A stretch of DNA of 64,000 nucleotides from Saccostrea echinata (GCF_033153115.1 NW_026889807.1:6696001-6760000), one strand, 5' to 3'; shown: positions 12,967 through 23,634, counted from the stretch's first letter. Numbers and translations are program-made. The notes: generated by a model not told the origin, from the letters alone.

Positions 12967-15899
12967 CAGGTTGGAGAGAATACTCGAAATCGGGTATTAT
13001 CCGTGAAATCGCGTATAGTTCCTGAAATCGGGGTATCGTTGCATCGGGGGGGGGGGGGGGGGGGGGTCACGAATCTATTTTCATGAGTTGATTTTTTTTT
13101 TATCATTTACATATATACATATTTGCAGAATAGCATTCCTTTCATATATATCTTGTACATGTACATGTACCAGTACATATGCTTTACAAAAAGAGAATGA
13201 CAAATAAAGGTAATTTTAAAAAAAAATATTAAAATTTCCTTAGGATTCAACATGCCTCCTACGTTTTAGCAACGACAATGATGTTCTTAGCAACACAGCT
13301 TGTGAGAGAAAATAACTATTGATCGTTTAATTTTGCTGAGTCGGCAATATTTTACCATTTTTCGGCGATTTCGGGGGGTTGTTATTACTGATTACTAGGG
13401 AAAAATTCATTTTTCAATTATTTCTTGTCCGATCGCAACTACTCGGCCCATCTCAGACAAGCAAAAAAACGACTTCGAATGTGTTATGCATGTGTCCAAG
13501 GGACACCCCCTTTCAAAGTAATTTAAAAAATATATATAAAATTTCATTGCAGAGTTTGGTCTAAACGTCATTGAATGTTATATATTCATTGCATGATAAA
13601 GGGGGAAGATCTGTTCAACTAATAAAAATCATTTTCCCTATATTGCCCTTTTGAGTGAATAGAATTCTTCATATCTCCAATACATTCATGCAGTAATTGC
13701 TTATATACCAAACCAATACGAGGTTAAAATAGCACCCTATGATTTTCTACCACGTACGACAAGTATTGAAAATAGCTAAATATAATGATGAAAAGAATAG
13801 AAAAAAGACAGGGAGTTATGAAGTTTTATTTCCATGTCGCGTGACGTACTGTCTAGAAACAACGCGTTTTGTAAAATATTATAATGAGGTATAATAAAGC
13901 GATAACCGTAAACTATACTTCAAAAGGGAAAATCTACCCTGTCTATCCAATATTATAATAAAAAAAGGAAGTGGCTCCAATTTGTATGAAATTTTAATAT
14001 CCGATGAGGAATTACATTCGAAGTTCCATTTCAGTTTGTTCATAATTATTTACAAAATAAGATATGTGAAAACTTTAATATGAAATTCATATTTGAATAT
14101 TAGCTCTATATTGGGAATGTAAAATTAGCACATGAATCCGAATTGGACTTTTTATTTATATGACCCCCCCCCTCCCCCTCCCCCAAGCCAAAAAATCCTT
14201 TCAACATGACTTCTTGCTCTCAATTTCCACACAAACACATACAGGTAAAGTAACGTCGCTTGCATCGATCAAAATGCAAGCAATACATTGAATGTGTCTT
14301 TGAATGAAATTTTCCATGCTAAATTGACATTAATTAGTTTTCTTAAAAACTTAGCGCCTCCTCTTTTCTCGCGGGAATTGCAGGACTGCGCTGCATACAT
14401 ACATCATAGGGAGAACTGATGATTTTACTATATAATCTTTACTTTACCTATATATCAATACATATCTACGGAAGCCCATTTAGGACCTATCAAAAAATAT
14501 TTTTGAATTCGATATAACGAATTGTAAAATTTGTTATAACCAATTTAATTCGTTATAACAGTTTCTTTGAATTCGTTATAACGAATTTAATCTGTTATGA
14601 TAAATTTGTTGAATTCGTTATAACGAATTGAAAAATTCGAATTCTAATTTTAACGAATTAAATTCGTTAAAATGTATTCTTTAATTTGTTATAACGAATT
14701 AAATTTGTTAGAACGAATTCGACAAATCGTTATATCGAATTCATATATATTTTTCTACAGGCCCTGATTGTTGAATTTGATTAAACGAATTTAATTCCTT
14801 GTAACAAATTTTAGAATTCGTTCAAACGAATTCAATTTGTTATAGCAAATTTTAGAATTCGTTTAAACGAATTTAATTTGTTATAACAAATTTCAGAATT
14901 TGTTTTAACGAATTTAATTCGTTATAACCAATTTTTGAATTCGTTATAATGAATTCAACAAATTTGTTATAACAGATTAAATTCGTTATAACGAATTCAA
15001 ATAAACTGTTATAACGAATTAAATTTGTTATAACAAATTCAACAATTCGTTATATCGAATTCAAAAATATTTTTTAATAGGTCCTATATGGGCTTCCGTA
15101 CATATGACAGCGTTAGTCGTTAAATTTCTTCAAAGTTTTACATTTTCTGAATAATGCGCGAATTAGGAAATTAAGCTTGAGGAATAATTTATTGGGAAAT
15201 AAACACAAACGACATGTAGTTATTTGTTTTTAGAAATTAAACACTTTATATATTTTAAAAATCTATTTAAGTACATGTACATATTAAAATTTGTTTCATA
15301 TTATATCATTTTTCGACCTTTCCCATATGTTCCTTTTTTTTTTTTAAAACATTTATTTTATTTTCCCCTTACGATAACGTCGGCTTTCTATATCGATGAG
15401 AAATACTTACCAACTGAGGAATAATGTTAATTTAACGTGAAAGGGGCGCCATACTTTTCTAAGTAAAAATAACATAACACTGCGTTAGTCGTTAAATTTC
15501 TACAAAGTTTTACATTTTGTGAATAATACATGAGTTAGGAAATTAAGCTTGCGGAATAATATATTGGGAAATAAACACAAACAACATGTAATTTTTTATT
15601 TTTAGAAATTGTATTGAAAAATAATGACGCTACCGTGTCTTCTGTGCTACCCCAGCAGTGTTTGTCGTGTGATTTTAAACTTGTCAACAGCCACATAAAT
15701 TGGATTCAATAAAAATAAATCCCCAAGATACTGATGTACATGTAACAGTAACTGACATTATGCGCCGTTGTTTAAATTTTTTGCTGTTACAGAAAGTTGC
15801 ACGGGATACCCGATTTCGCGGATTCAACGATACCCTGATATCGGGGACTATACGCGATTTGACGGATAATACCCGATTTCGAGTATTCTCTCCAGCCTG
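12967..15899. mobile_element. Non-autonomous TIR DNA transposon, CAGG termini, probable 5-bp TSD
   Basis: ~80-bp TIR CAGGTTGGAGAGAATACTCGAAATCGGGTATTATCCG / CGGATAATACCCGATTTCGAGTATTCTCTCCAGCCTG; flanks TGGGG/TGGGA. Internal ~130-bp direct repeat at ~15110 and ~15483. Confidence 0.8.
14469..15098. mobile_element. TA-flanked MITE filled with palindromic TTCGTTATAACGAA satellite units
   Basis: TIR CGGAAGCCCAT.TAGGACCTAT / ATAGGTCCTATATGGGCTTCCG, TA on both sides, ~20-22-bp internal units. Confidence 0.85.
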
Positions 15900-16299
15900 T
15901 GGGATACAGACTTGCTGGCCAATGAAATTTTATGAGTAGAATTCATGAATGAAAGAAATAACCTCGAATAGACTACTAGCAAATATGGCATATGGTAAAT
16001 AATGGTTCAGCTATTTCTTAAGAAAAAAAGTAGAGATAAATGTTTTTTAATAAATATCACTCTGCCACATACATGTACTCCCCAACTCTAAATTTAGCGT
16101 CTTGATAAATTAAAAATATATATTTAACCAATACACAATATTAACAAATAGACATACTCCCCAGAAAAAAAATACATATATACAATAATAATAACGAAAA
16201 GTTTTTACACAAGTAATATTGTCATCTAGGAAACACATTTGGTGACATCACGGCAGTTTATAAGGTTTTCTGGCAGCCATTGTCCGATACAACACTTAG

Positions 16300-17140
16300 G
16301 AAATTTCCTGAAATTTTCCCAAAACAATATGCAGTAGAGCCCCATGAATCCTGGATTTTTTTTCTGCCGCGGGTTTCAAACATACACTTTATCATCAATA
16401 TTTAAATCAGGTTCGAATGCTTTACTGTCGTTGTTGGACTTTATGTATTCTGCCATCATGGATGTACGGACACTGCCTTTATCGAACGTATACTTTAGTC
16501 GGTCTGATCCATTCATCGGTAGACATCTGATCGACATCATCACTGTCTAAGGATCCAAGTAAGAAATCGATGGGTATTTTCGAATTACGTCCAAACATAA
16601 GATAAAATGGGCTGTATCCGGCTGATGAATTCTGTATAGAGTTGTACAAAAAAAGTAATTCTGGAAATTGTTTCGCCTAATGTCGCTTAAGTTCAGTTGT
16701 AAGAGCCTTTAATAAAGTTGTGCAGAGTTCTGTTAAATCTTTCACTGAGCGTTTCCCTCAGGATGATAAGGAGTGGTGTGAGATCGCGTAATTCCATACA
16801 TCTTACACAGTTCAGCAATGGCGTTTGCTTCAAAATTTCGGCCTTGATCTGGAACACCATACTTGTAGAACCATTCATTTGGAAGACTTTCGCAACAGTA
16901 TCCGCTTTCTGGTCCTTCGTCGCAACGGCTTGAGTAAATTTTGTAAAGACATCAGTCATCAGAAGGACGTTTTCTTTACCATGCCTGGTTCCAAAACGGT
17001 AAAGTCGATCGCGAGAATTTGCATGCGATGAGATAATTCATTGTAGTGCGTACAGCTGGTTGAGGCATCTTGGAAATTACACAACGTTCACAACGCTTAC
17101 AATAATCCTTCACAGAGTTGAAAATTCCAGGCAAATATAT
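16300..17140 (-). mobile_element. Gypsy LTR-retrotransposon integrase relic
   Basis: Minus-strand [50 protein letters not shown] and SPFYLMFGR motifs, with frameshifts. Confidence 0.85.
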
Positions 17141-17157
17141 AAATATAAACAATAAAT

Positions 17158-17464
17158 TAAATCAGTTATTATTATTTACAAATGATAATATCCTTTATGT
17201 GACGGAGATAAAGAAACTGTATTTGTTTTATTTGTTTTAATTTAATTTTGATGTGACATGATTGTATTTTGGTAATTGTTGTAATTTTGTTTGGTGTTTA
17301 CAAACTATTTATCTCGGGATCAATTGCCTATTTTTGATCGATGACACCATTGTCTTAATATACAGCCAATCAGCGTGGCTTCTCCCAATCACGTGACCAT
17401 TGTTTATTTATTTACCAGAGGAAAAAGCCACGCTAAATTGCAAGGGAAAATTTTGTCGAAAAAA
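17158..17464 (+). repeat. Split direct repeat A1
   Basis: 307 bp, nearly identical to 24055-24361 (two substitutions seen). Confidence 0.95.
17363..17398 (+). promoter_or_regulatory. Probable internal Pol II promoter in repeat A: two CCAAT boxes plus E-box TCACGTGA
   Basis: AGCCAATCAGCGTGGCTTCTCCCAATCACGTGACC. Confidence 0.55.
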
Positions 17465-17616
17465 AACGCATTTCCAGTTGGTTCTACGTAAATTATGTAG
17501 TGCTACAGTTTCCGTCCCTTGCTGTGATCATTTATTAACGTGAAGTGCCAGATATTTCACAACAGGAAAGGAGTTTCACTACATTTTTCAGTAAGTGACT
17601 TGAGTTTGTTTATGTA

Positions 17617-18279
17617 ATGGTGCGCGATCCGGTTTGGAGAGAACTGTGTCACAACATGGACGAGCCGAATTTACTCAGAATCTGTTTACTTGGACATTCT
17701 TTCGTGACTCGTTTACGGCGGTATATGGACTCACATCCTGATTTAGTGAATTTAAAGCTACACCATAGACTTTATAGTGTTTCAGTGCGGGCTCGTGGTG
17801 GTTTACGGATCTCTAGCATTGCTCGTTCCAGAGACTTGTTGACTTTTGATGTGTTGCCACACATATGCTTCATGCAGATTGGGGAGAATGACATTCTGTT
17901 GAATAGTGACGAAGTGATTGTGCGTGATATTTTATCATTAGCGTCTTATCTGCATTCGGGTGTGGGCATACGAACAGTCATTGTAGGCCAGCTTCTACGC
18001 CGCCAGCCTTGGGCTTCGTCTTCGGACTTCAACGATCGCATCGTCGCCATCAACGTTATGCTAAAAGAACAGTGTGCAGCTATGAACGGTGTACATTTCT
18101 GGCCTCATAGAGGCTTCTGGGAAGACTTGACATTCCTGTGCCATGACGGGGTACATCTCCGATGCCCTACCCCATCTCCTCTTGTTGTGACCGCCTCTCC
18201 TATGCATCGTTTTTGGCGAAGTGTTCGCTCAGCTATCTTACATCATAGACACATTTCAGGCCAGTATCATTCTGCTTAA
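17617..18279 (+). CDS. SGNH/GDSL-family hydrolase ORF of the Ngaro element (220 aa)
   Basis: Block I LLGHSF, block II RGG, block III QIGEND, block V DGVH; uninterrupted ORF. Confidence 0.85.
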   Translation: MVRDPVWRELCHNMDEPNLLRICLLGHSFVTRLRRYMDSHPDLVNLKLHHRLYSVSVRARGGLRISSIARSRDLLTFDVLPHICFMQIGENDILLNSDEVIVRDILSLASYLHSGVGIRTVIVGQLLRRQPWASSSDFNDRIVAINVMLKEQCAAMNGVHFWPHRGFWEDLTFLCHDGVHLRCPTPSPLVVTASPMHRFWRSVRSAILHHRHISGQYHSA

Positions 18280-18640
18280 GTCTGCTTGTCTGACCTTGTT
18301 TTTCAATTGCTTTACATATATATGACCATATTCTGTAACTAAGTACATTCAGGGATGTATTTCAATATAAATGTTCTATTTAAATAATGCACCTCCATAT
18401 TCTGAGACCATAACTATGGTCTACTTAAGTCATTGAGTGCATGCATCACATTCTGTCATAGGCTTTAATGTCAAATGCTTTATGTGTTTCATCAAACTTA
18501 CTGATGATTATTAGACATTCAGTTTGTTTTTTGTGGTCAATGAACAACATAAATACAGCTTACATAAACTTTATTGGAGTAGGCATTTATTAACTCCTAT
18601 ATGTTTGACTGGTTTATATACTTTGTAAGCAATTTCTCTT

Positions 18641-19150
18641 TGTATTGTGGGACCATACACATTACATAATGCTTACGGTTGATGTTGCGGGACCATACGC
18701 TTCATCTTGTATGAGTATATAATTGTATGTGCATTTTCTTTTGGTGCGGGACCATACCACCAAAGACATGCTCATTTGGTTGTTGTATTGTGGGACCATA
18801 CACCTTACACAACTGTTTTCATGACCGTACTCCAATTCGCAGTCTGTTGTTGTTTGATGTTGCGGGACCATACGCATTATCATTTTATGACTGTACATGA
18901 ATTGGTAGTTTGTTTTTGTTAGATGTTGTGGGAACATATGCAATATCATCATACTATGAAAGATATACTATATTACATTCCATATGCATTTTTCTTTAGT
19001 GCAGGATCATGTGCACCTTATCTGTACTATTTCAATATTTATTCTGGTGGTGATTCATCCACATAAGACACTACTGTTTACTCGACAGTATTTTTATACA
19101 CTCTATAAAATATGGTTATATATTCAACTGTTGCGGGACCACACACAACA
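18641..19150 (+). repeat. Array of 8 stem-loops with 8-nt GGACCATA-type loops
   Basis: Hairpins at 18641-18666, 18681-18706, 18737-18766, 18779-18813, 18855-18882, 18922-18947, 18999-19016 and 19129-19150. Stem sequences differ but stay paired. Confidence 0.85.
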
Positions 19151-19554
19151 TCCTTGTAATCATCATATGTACATACAATATATTTCACTAAGGTATGGCT
19201 TCAGGTCTTTGTAACCTTCTAATTTGTTTAACTAGCTGAAAATTTTAAATCTTAAAATTGGGTCAGACAAGCTTCAGATTCTCCTTTGGTGTTGTTCTGT
19301 TTTCAGCTACTTTTCAGGTATAATGATAAAAATTGTATAAAAATTTATACCTCATTCTTTAGCCATAATCTGTATTATGTAGCATTGAGGCTGTATATGT
19401 TTATTTTGTGTCCAAGGCTATATATATACATATACATGTGTATATAAATATTTATATATCTGTGTTTCTACTGAGCCCTTTGGGACATTTCAGTATCATT
19501 CAATGAATAATTATTAATTGTGTTCATTATGCTTTATTGTCCAGGTGTACAGCC

Positions 19555-20637
19555 ATGCCTCCAAAGAGGGGACAGAAGTCCTCAGGTGCTACAACAGCCA
19601 AAAAGCGAAGGGCAGTCCAACCGACAGAAGGAAGTCAAGCCATATCACTAGACCTGCCGCCTGTGGGACCACCTGCTCAAAACAATGGACTCACAAACAT
19701 TGACTATGACAAATTAGCTGTGGCAATTCTAAAGCACTCACAAGGGCACAATGGGCTAAACGTTCCAACTCAGGAGGCCCCTTCAGTGCCAGGACCTACG
19801 TCCCACTCAGCTGACACATCACCAAAACCTACAGCAGATCCACAACCACCTTCAGTTCCAGGTCCTTCATCTCTGCAACCAACAAACAGTGTGTCAAGTT
19901 CAACGCCATTGTTGGGGGATCTGTTAGATCAAGTTTTTGCAGGTGAGCCAGCAAGGGCAACTGATCTTCCTTACTCATCTACTATTGTTAGTGATGGCAT
20001 TCCCCTTTGGTCTTCAGTTTCTAGCAAACTTAAGACAAAAATTTGGAATAATGAATTCATTGACTTTCGATCCCTACAAAATACAAGGGAAGAACCTTTG
20101 AGTGTTTCGATTTCCACTGGGGTCATAAAATTGCACCAAAGTCCAAAATTCAAAAGCCCCATAAGTATTTCCCAATGGACAGATGCTTTCTTTTTGTTTG
20201 CAGCAGTGTACATTGAAAAGTACCCTGCTGAAGCCCCCAATCTTTTAAAGTATGGGCACATGGTAAGGGAAATTCAACAACTTCATGGGGACAATGCATT
20301 TCGTTCATATGATGAGCAGTTTCGAAAGTTAAAAGAAACTGTTAATGTACCTTGGCAGCAACCTATTCAGGAATTAAGGCTGAGGGCAGCCACACTCTCA
20401 AAAGCTTTCCCTCCCAAACAATCACAGAATAATCAAACCCAGCCCTTTCGCATCAAGTTTTGTTTTCAATACAACAGAGGGGAACGTTGTAGTAAAAACC
20501 CCTGTCCCTTTCGTCACATCTGCATGCAATGCAGAGGAAACCATCCCAAGTCCAAATGCACAGATTCTTCCAAGCCCAGTATGCAGAATTCACACTCAAG
20601 AACTCCCAACTCCAATCAAAGTAAAAAATCTGCTTGA
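19555..20637 (+). CDS. gag: Ngaro gag-like ORF1 with C-terminal CCCH and C-x2-C-x3-H-x4-C zinc fingers
   Basis: GCCATG start MPPKRGQK, Pro/Ser-rich linker, KIWNNEFIDF and W..AF..F motifs, CFQYNRGERCSKNPCPFRHICMQCRGNHPKSKC. Confidence 0.85.
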   Translation: MPPKRGQKSSGATTAKKRRAVQPTEGSQAISLDLPPVGPPAQNNGLTNIDYDKLAVAILKHSQGHNGLNVPTQEAPSVPGPTSHSADTSPKPTADPQPPSVPGPSSLQPTNSVSSSTPLLGDLLDQVFAGEPARATDLPYSSTIVSDGIPLWSSVSSKLKTKIWNNEFIDFRSLQNTREEPLSVSISTGVIKLHQSPKFKSPISISQWTDAFFLFAAVYIEKYPAEAPNLLKYGHMVREIQQLHGDNAFRSYDEQFRKLKETVNVPWQQPIQELRLRAATLSKAFPPKQSQNNQTQPFRIKFCFQYNRGERCSKNPCPFRHICMQCRGNHPKSKCTDSSKPSMQNSHSRTPNSNQSKKSA

Positions 20638-22177
20638 AATCCTGCAAGCTTATGACAAAGACAAACTTTTAGTTATCAAAAATGGATTCACCTATGGTTT
20701 TCACTTAGGTTGTAGTGGTATACCAAGCTCAAAAATATCTAGGAATCATAAAAGTGCACTTGAACATAGTTCTGTTATACAGGAATTCATTAATAGTGGT
20801 ATTGAATCAGGGAGAATAGCTGTACCCTTCCCCTCTACACCATTTTCCCAGTTTGTATCTTCTCCTTTAGGAGTTGTTCCTAAATCAGACCCTGGTAAAT
20901 TCCGAGTTATACACGATCTCTCTTTTCCAAAACATAATTCAGTCAACTTTATGATCCCTGAAGAAAATTCAAAAGTGAAATATGACTCTTTAGATGTTGT
21001 AACAGACCTACTTAGAAAATTTGGTCGCGGTGCATTGATGGCTAAGACAGACATTCAGGATGCTTTCCGCATAATTCCAATTCATCCTGATGATTACAAA
21101 CTCTTAGGATTTTCTTGGGACAGTAGGTTCTTCTATGATAAGTGTCTACCAATGGGTGCGAGTAGTTCGTATCAGATCTTTGAACGCCTTAGTAGTAGTT
21201 TGCAGTGGGCAATGTGTGAAAAATTTTCTGCTTCCGGAATGTCTCATATGTTAGACGATTTTTTCTTTATCGGGCCCAAGGGTTCTACTAAATGTCAAGC
21301 TGATCTTGAAAGATTCTTGTCTATTTGTGCAAAATCAGGCATACCCATCAAAGAGGAAAAAACAGTTTTTCCTACTACCGTATTAACCATATATGGGATT
21401 GAGATTGACTCGAATACATTGGTATGTCGTTTGCCTGAATCTAAACTAAACAAAGTCAGGGACAGTTTACAAGCAGCAAAACGTAGAAAGAAAATTACTT
21501 TACATAACCTACAATCTTTGATAGGATTGTTAAATTTCGCTTGTTTAGTTGTTGTTCCAGGTCGAACCTTTTTGCGTCGCCTCATTGATTTAACATGTGG
21601 GGTCTCCAACCCTAATCATTTCATCCGCCTAACTTGTGAGGCAAGAGCGGACTTGCATATGTGGTCACATTTTGTAGAATCTTATAATGGCAGGTCAGTT
21701 ATACTTCCTGATGTTTGGTCATCTTCCGATAAAGAATTGTTATTTACTGACGCATCAGGCTCATTGGGTTTTGCGGCAGTTTTGGGGACCAACTGGTTTG
21801 CATTAAGTTGGGAGGAAGTTCTAGATTTAGCACAATACCAGATAGCCATTAAAGAGTTGTTACCCATTGTGTTAGCACTGGAAATCTGGGGTCCTGCTTT
21901 AGCCAACAAAAAGCTCCTATTCATGACCGACAACATGGCCATAGTACATGCCATTAATAAACAGACTTGTAAAGACAAAATTCTCATGAATTTGATTCGC
22001 AGATTAGTTCTAACAGCACTTTCACACAACATCCTTTTCAAAGCTAAACATATTCCAGGCAAAACAAATACTCTGGCAGATCATCTTTCATGATTTAAAT
22101 TGCAGGAAGCCTTCCAGATAGCCCCTCATCTCAGTCCTGTACAGACAGAAGTTCCCAAGGACCTCTTAACAATTTGA
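20384..22177 (+). CDS. pol: Ngaro pol (RT + RNase H), no initiating AUG, one premature TGA at 22091-22093
   Basis: Frame is open from 20384: TPIK..NGF..NHKSA..GRIA.PF..SPLGVVPK..FRVIHDLS, KTDIQDAFR, LPMG, MLDDF, FTDASG, TDN. ADHLS* continues in frame as FKLQEAF..LLTI* to 22177. Confidence 0.88.
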
Positions 22178-23082
22178 ATCCAGTCTGCATGAAACTACTA
22201 GAATCTGCTCTCTCATCATCAACCTCAAAAGTTTATCGCCGAAGTTGGAATTTGCTCCTCAAATGGAAACCTGACATATCACTTCCAGTCTCAGTGACAG
22301 ATGTTTGTAACTTCATAGGCCATTTATTTCTTCAAAATTACTCACCCAGTACAATTTTTTCCCACATTTCAGCTATCAGTTTCATTCACAAGTTATGTAG
22401 TATCTCAGACCCTACTCAAGCCTTTGTGACCAAAAAAATTCTTAAAGGGTGTCAAGCTGTAGGCTCAAGGAGGGACACACGCCTGCCTATCACAGCAACT
22501 ATCTTACAGAAACTCATTGCAGCCTTAGAACACACTGTGTCTCAGTATTCACTCAGACTTCTTTTGCAAGCACTTTTCTTGGTAGCCTTTCATGCTTTTC
22601 TGAGATTAGGGGAAATAACAGCGAAATCAGTTAAAGCTACGAATTGTATTTTACAGAGGTCTGACATCACATTCAAACAGGAAAACGCTTTGTTAGAGGG
22701 AGTTCAAATAATTATGAGGGATTATAAAACGAATAAACACCATGCTCCAATAATCATTTTCCTTCAAGCATGTCCCAGTTCCTTATACTGTCCAGTTAAG
22801 GCGTTGCATAAGTATCTTGCCTTGTACAAACATACATCCGGGCCATTGTTCCAGACCATGGATGGCTTGCCAATTACATACTCGGTTGCTACTTCACATC
22901 TCAAAGCAGCAATTCAGTTTATTGGACTAAGTCCGGATCAATTTAAAGGTCACAGTTTCAGAATTGGGGCAGCAACACATGCAGCCTCACTTGGTTTTTC
23001 AGACAATGTCATTCAAAAACTGGGAAGGTGGAATTCCGATGCTTTTAAGCACTACATTCGTATTAAGTCCTTTCATCTATAA
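22174..23082 (+). CDS. Tyrosine recombinase (first ATG 22189)
   Basis: Catalytic motifs FLRLGE (R), YKTN (K), HSFRIG (H-x-x-R), GRW and HYIR (Y); intact. Confidence 0.93.
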   Translation: MNPVCMKLLESALSSSTSKVYRRSWNLLLKWKPDISLPVSVTDVCNFIGHLFLQNYSPSTIFSHISAISFIHKLCSISDPTQAFVTKKILKGCQAVGSRRDTRLPITATILQKLIAALEHTVSQYSLRLLLQALFLVAFHAFLRLGEITAKSVKATNCILQRSDITFKQENALLEGVQIIMRDYKTNKHHAPIIIFLQACPSSLYCPVKALHKYLALYKHTSGPLFQTMDGLPITYSVATSHLKAAIQFIGLSPDQFKGHSFRIGAATHAASLGFSDNVIQKLGRWNSDAFKHYIRIKSFHL

Positions 23083-23161
23083 GTAATTGACATGCTCAAA
23101 TTTTTAGTGCATACCCCGGTGTAGCCCCCCAAAACATACATATGTGTAAGAAAAACTTTTA

Positions 23162-23409
23162 GACAGGTCAGAAGTTTTCTGCTGTCACAAATAACCACAT
23201 AGACTTTGTAGGGCAGGACAGAAGTTATCTGCTGCCCTTTATCAAGCATTTGTATATAGGAGACAGGTCAGAAGTTTTCTGCTGTCTTTCAATCCCTGGT
23301 CAGATCCTGTTCCATACACATATTTTTGGGTACACGGCAGGTCAGAAGTTTTCTGCTGCCTGAAAGTTATTGTTTTCAACATGTCAGGTCAGAAGTCTTC
23401 TGCTGACAT
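23162..23409 (+). repeat. Array of 5 bulged hairpins, core CAG-GT-CAGAAGTTTTCTG-CTG
   Basis: Copies at 23162-23186, 23210-23238, 23259-23289, 23336-23360 and 23381-23409, with covarying outer stems. Confidence 0.88.
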
Positions 23410-23562
23410 AATTTTCTATCTCCCTATGTTTGTACATAACATTATTGGTAAAAACTTTTTTTTTAGGGCATATTGAACATAGCTATCTTGCTGGCCACCA
23501 CATGCTCTAATGTCAAATAACAAAATGTCTTCAATAGAACTATTTTTTATTAGCTAGTGTTG

Positions 23563-23566
<4 letters not shown>

Positions 23567-23630
<64 letters not shown>
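23567..23630. repeat. (TA)n microsatellite in the element 3' region
   Basis: Direct reading. Confidence 0.95.

Positions 23631-23634
<4 letters not shown>

Noticed and set aside
19047-19062. Ninth hairpin GTGG[TGATTCAT]CCAC
   Set aside because: Only 4 bp and a divergent loop; could be chance, so not counted.
18641-19150. CRISPR-like repeat/spacer appearance (also 23162-23409)
   Set aside because: Eukaryotic retroelement context, no cas genes, irregular spacing, and repeats that conserve structure and loop rather than full sequence.
18662-19214. Short ORFs over hairpin array 1
   Set aside because: No recognisable domains; the repeated peptide motifs simply reflect the hairpin repeats.
19537-19554. 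ORF-track start of gag at TTG 19537
   Set aside because: Non-AUG start spanning a splice-acceptor-like site; GCCATG at 19555 is the better start.
19971-22062. Antisense ORFs over gag/pol, and similar ones over TRIM and the LINE
   Set aside because: Shadow ORFs of real coding sequence with no independent support.
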